Of a stretch of 64,000 bases of DNA, positions 62,253 through 64,000 are shown piece after piece. The translations under genes and the position numbers were made by a program. Under the pieces are notes generated by a model. The model saw only the letters and a list, made by a program, of their open reading frames with translations. It searched no databases and was not told the DNA's origin. How positions within the stretch are numbered: the stretch's first letter is position 1; every line of letters begins with the position of its first letter. Origin of the DNA: Octopus vulgaris (Eukaryota); the NCBI GenBank assembly GCA_951406725.2, contig OX597819.1, positions 29,512,001 to 29,576,000 on the forward strand, written 5' to 3'.

Positions 62253-62769
62253 TCTATATATATAAAACTGTAGTTGTGTGAGTGTCTGTCTCCTACGATT
62301 TAGATTCCTAACTCCTCCCACATTTTGCGGTGCAGTTTAACCAAATTCGGGTATCTTATAGTCGTGATTAATATCGAGCCCGTCTGGCTATTAGCGCGCG
62401 TCTACGATGAGTCTACGATTTTAAAAATAATTTAACATCATTTTTTATTCCATTTTAATGCATAATTTTTCGTGTCTCGATGGCGGCGGAGTTGGCGTCC
62501 ACGCTCAAACACCTGCACCTGTGTTTGCTTCTCCCCCTTCTTCCCTCCCTCGTGAAGCTGTGGGGAAGGGAGTGTAAGGAAATCAACGTCGTAATGCGTT
62601 GTCAAGGAGACCAGCGTTCTTTTAGAACAACGACTTCATGGCTTGAAGACACCAAAACAGAAATGGCTAAGAAAGCCCGAATTGGCATCTATAAAGGAAG
62701 TAACTCTCTAAAAATGCTTATATAGTTATTTCCCTTACAAACCCGAGCAACACCGGGCGATACTGCTAG
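62253..62769 (+). mobile_element. Near-identical second copy of the 61598-62113 Helitron
   Basis: Same termini and body with few substitutions. A 139-bp unrelated spacer separates the copies. Confidence 0.9.
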
Positions 62770-62814
62770 TTAAATATAAACAGCTAAAGGGCCAGGTTGG
62801 TGGATTTAACAACT

Positions 62815-63211
62815 CTTTACTCTTTTACTGGTTTCAGTCATTTTGACTGTGGCCATGCTGGAGCACCGCCTTTAGTCGAGCAAATCGACCCCGAGACTTA
62901 TTCTTTGTAAGCCCAGTACTTATTCTATCGGTCTCTTTTGCCGAACCGCTAAGTGACGGGGACATAAACACACCAGCATCGGTTGTCAAGCAATGCTAGA
63001 GGGACAAACACAGACACACAAACATATACACACACATACACATATATACGACAGGCTTCTTTCAGTTTCCGTCTACTAAATCCACTCACAAGGCTTTGGT
63101 CGGCCCAAGGCTATAGCAGAAGACACTTGCCCAAGATGCCACGCAGTGGAACTGAACCCGGAACCATGTGGTTGGTTAGCAAGTTACTTACCACACAGCC
63201 ACTCCTGCGCC
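62815..63211 (-). mobile_element. Young family A SINE
   Basis: Reverse-complement match with CpGs retained. Confidence 0.92.
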
Positions 63212-63319
63212 TATTTGGAAATTGGAAATTTCGAAAAATTTTTTTTTTCTTCAGAATAATCTCTCTATTTTCAAACTTGCAGTCTTTGAGTTTATGTACA
63301 CATGTCTGCTTTCACTATC

Positions 63320-63611
63320 AGTCAGTCATTCCCACAGACATGCAAATATATGTAAATAAAAGCAAAAATTGTCTTTAAATTTGTAAATTAAAAAAAAAAA
63401 AAATTAATAATCAAAAATTAAAAAAAGATTGTGGTAGTGGAAATGAGACTTTATTTTTTAAAAAATTATTTCGAAATTTAAGTCTCATTTCCACTACCAC
63501 AATCTTTTTTTAATTTTTGATTATTAATTTTTTTTTTTAAATTTACAAATTTAAAGGCAATTTTTTTCCTTTTATCTACATATATTTGCATGTCTGTGGG
63601 AATGACTGACT
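63320..63611. repeat. AT-rich foldback, about 130-bp arms and about 30-bp spacer
   Basis: AGTCAGTCATTCCCACAGACATGCAAATATATGTA..GATTGTGGTAGTGGAAATGAGACTT, with its reverse complement at 63480-63611. Confidence 0.92.
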
Positions 63612-63639
63612 TTTTTCGTTGTTAATAAAGGATCGTCTG

Positions 63640-63870
63640 CTAATTGCTTAGCACGTATCTACGCATGCGCAAGTGACGTTTTTAAACGTTTTCAAGTTGA
63701 AAGAAGCCAGAAGAGAAGGAGGTGGGGGTGTTTCAGAATCGTAATGTCTATATTTTAAAATATGGACCTTACGGAGTAGCCGTCCCGGCGATCTTTCGTC
63801 TCTAGTAGACCTTTCCGTCGATTTCCGTAAAAAAAAATTTTTTTTTTTTACATATGGGCTTGCGGGAACT
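63640..63870. promoter_or_regulatory. CpG-rich promoter-like patch
   Basis: ACGCATGCGCA (NRF1/EWG-like) at about 63661 and TGACGT (CRE-like) at about 63674, with many CpGs. It could instead be part of a young repeat. Confidence 0.3.
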
Positions 63871-64000
63871 TTTGAAGTAATATACATACATATACACATA
63901 CACCGAGTAAAAAATTTCAGTTATCTCTTTCTTTCATACATTACTCTGTCTCTTCACACACACTAACAGAAGCACTTCACTTACACAACATACTGTCTGT

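Overview
AT-rich, repeat-dense eukaryotic DNA. The repeat content (tRNA-headed SINEs, RTE-type tails, Helitron and MITE derivatives, abundant (TA)n/(CA)n/(CATA)n) looks like an Octopus (coleoid cephalopod) genome; that assignment is inference. I find no intact protein-coding gene, and almost all ORF-track entries are microsatellite or SINE artefacts. Recognisable protein homology is limited to decayed transposons: a mariner transposase (23.6-24.5 kb, +), a full-length decayed Tigger/pogo element (51.4-53.8 kb, -) and RTE/CR1/Penelope fragments. The window may be mostly 5'-UTR intron of a minus-strand gene, with a candidate TSS near 60.1-60.4 kb and a candidate ATG exon at 5088-5179; this is unconfirmed. 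Three signals stand out. (i) About ten minimal type I hammerhead-ribozyme motifs of the Penelope-associated kind occur here, one with an intact core (7484-7615, -). (ii) A tRNA-headed SINE-like element has a hammerhead-bearing tail and sits as a head-to-head foldback (20136-20596). (iii) Perfect palindromes and locally templated copies recur at (TA)n tracts. All coordinates were read by eye, so element ends are approximate unless a TSD or terminus is quoted.
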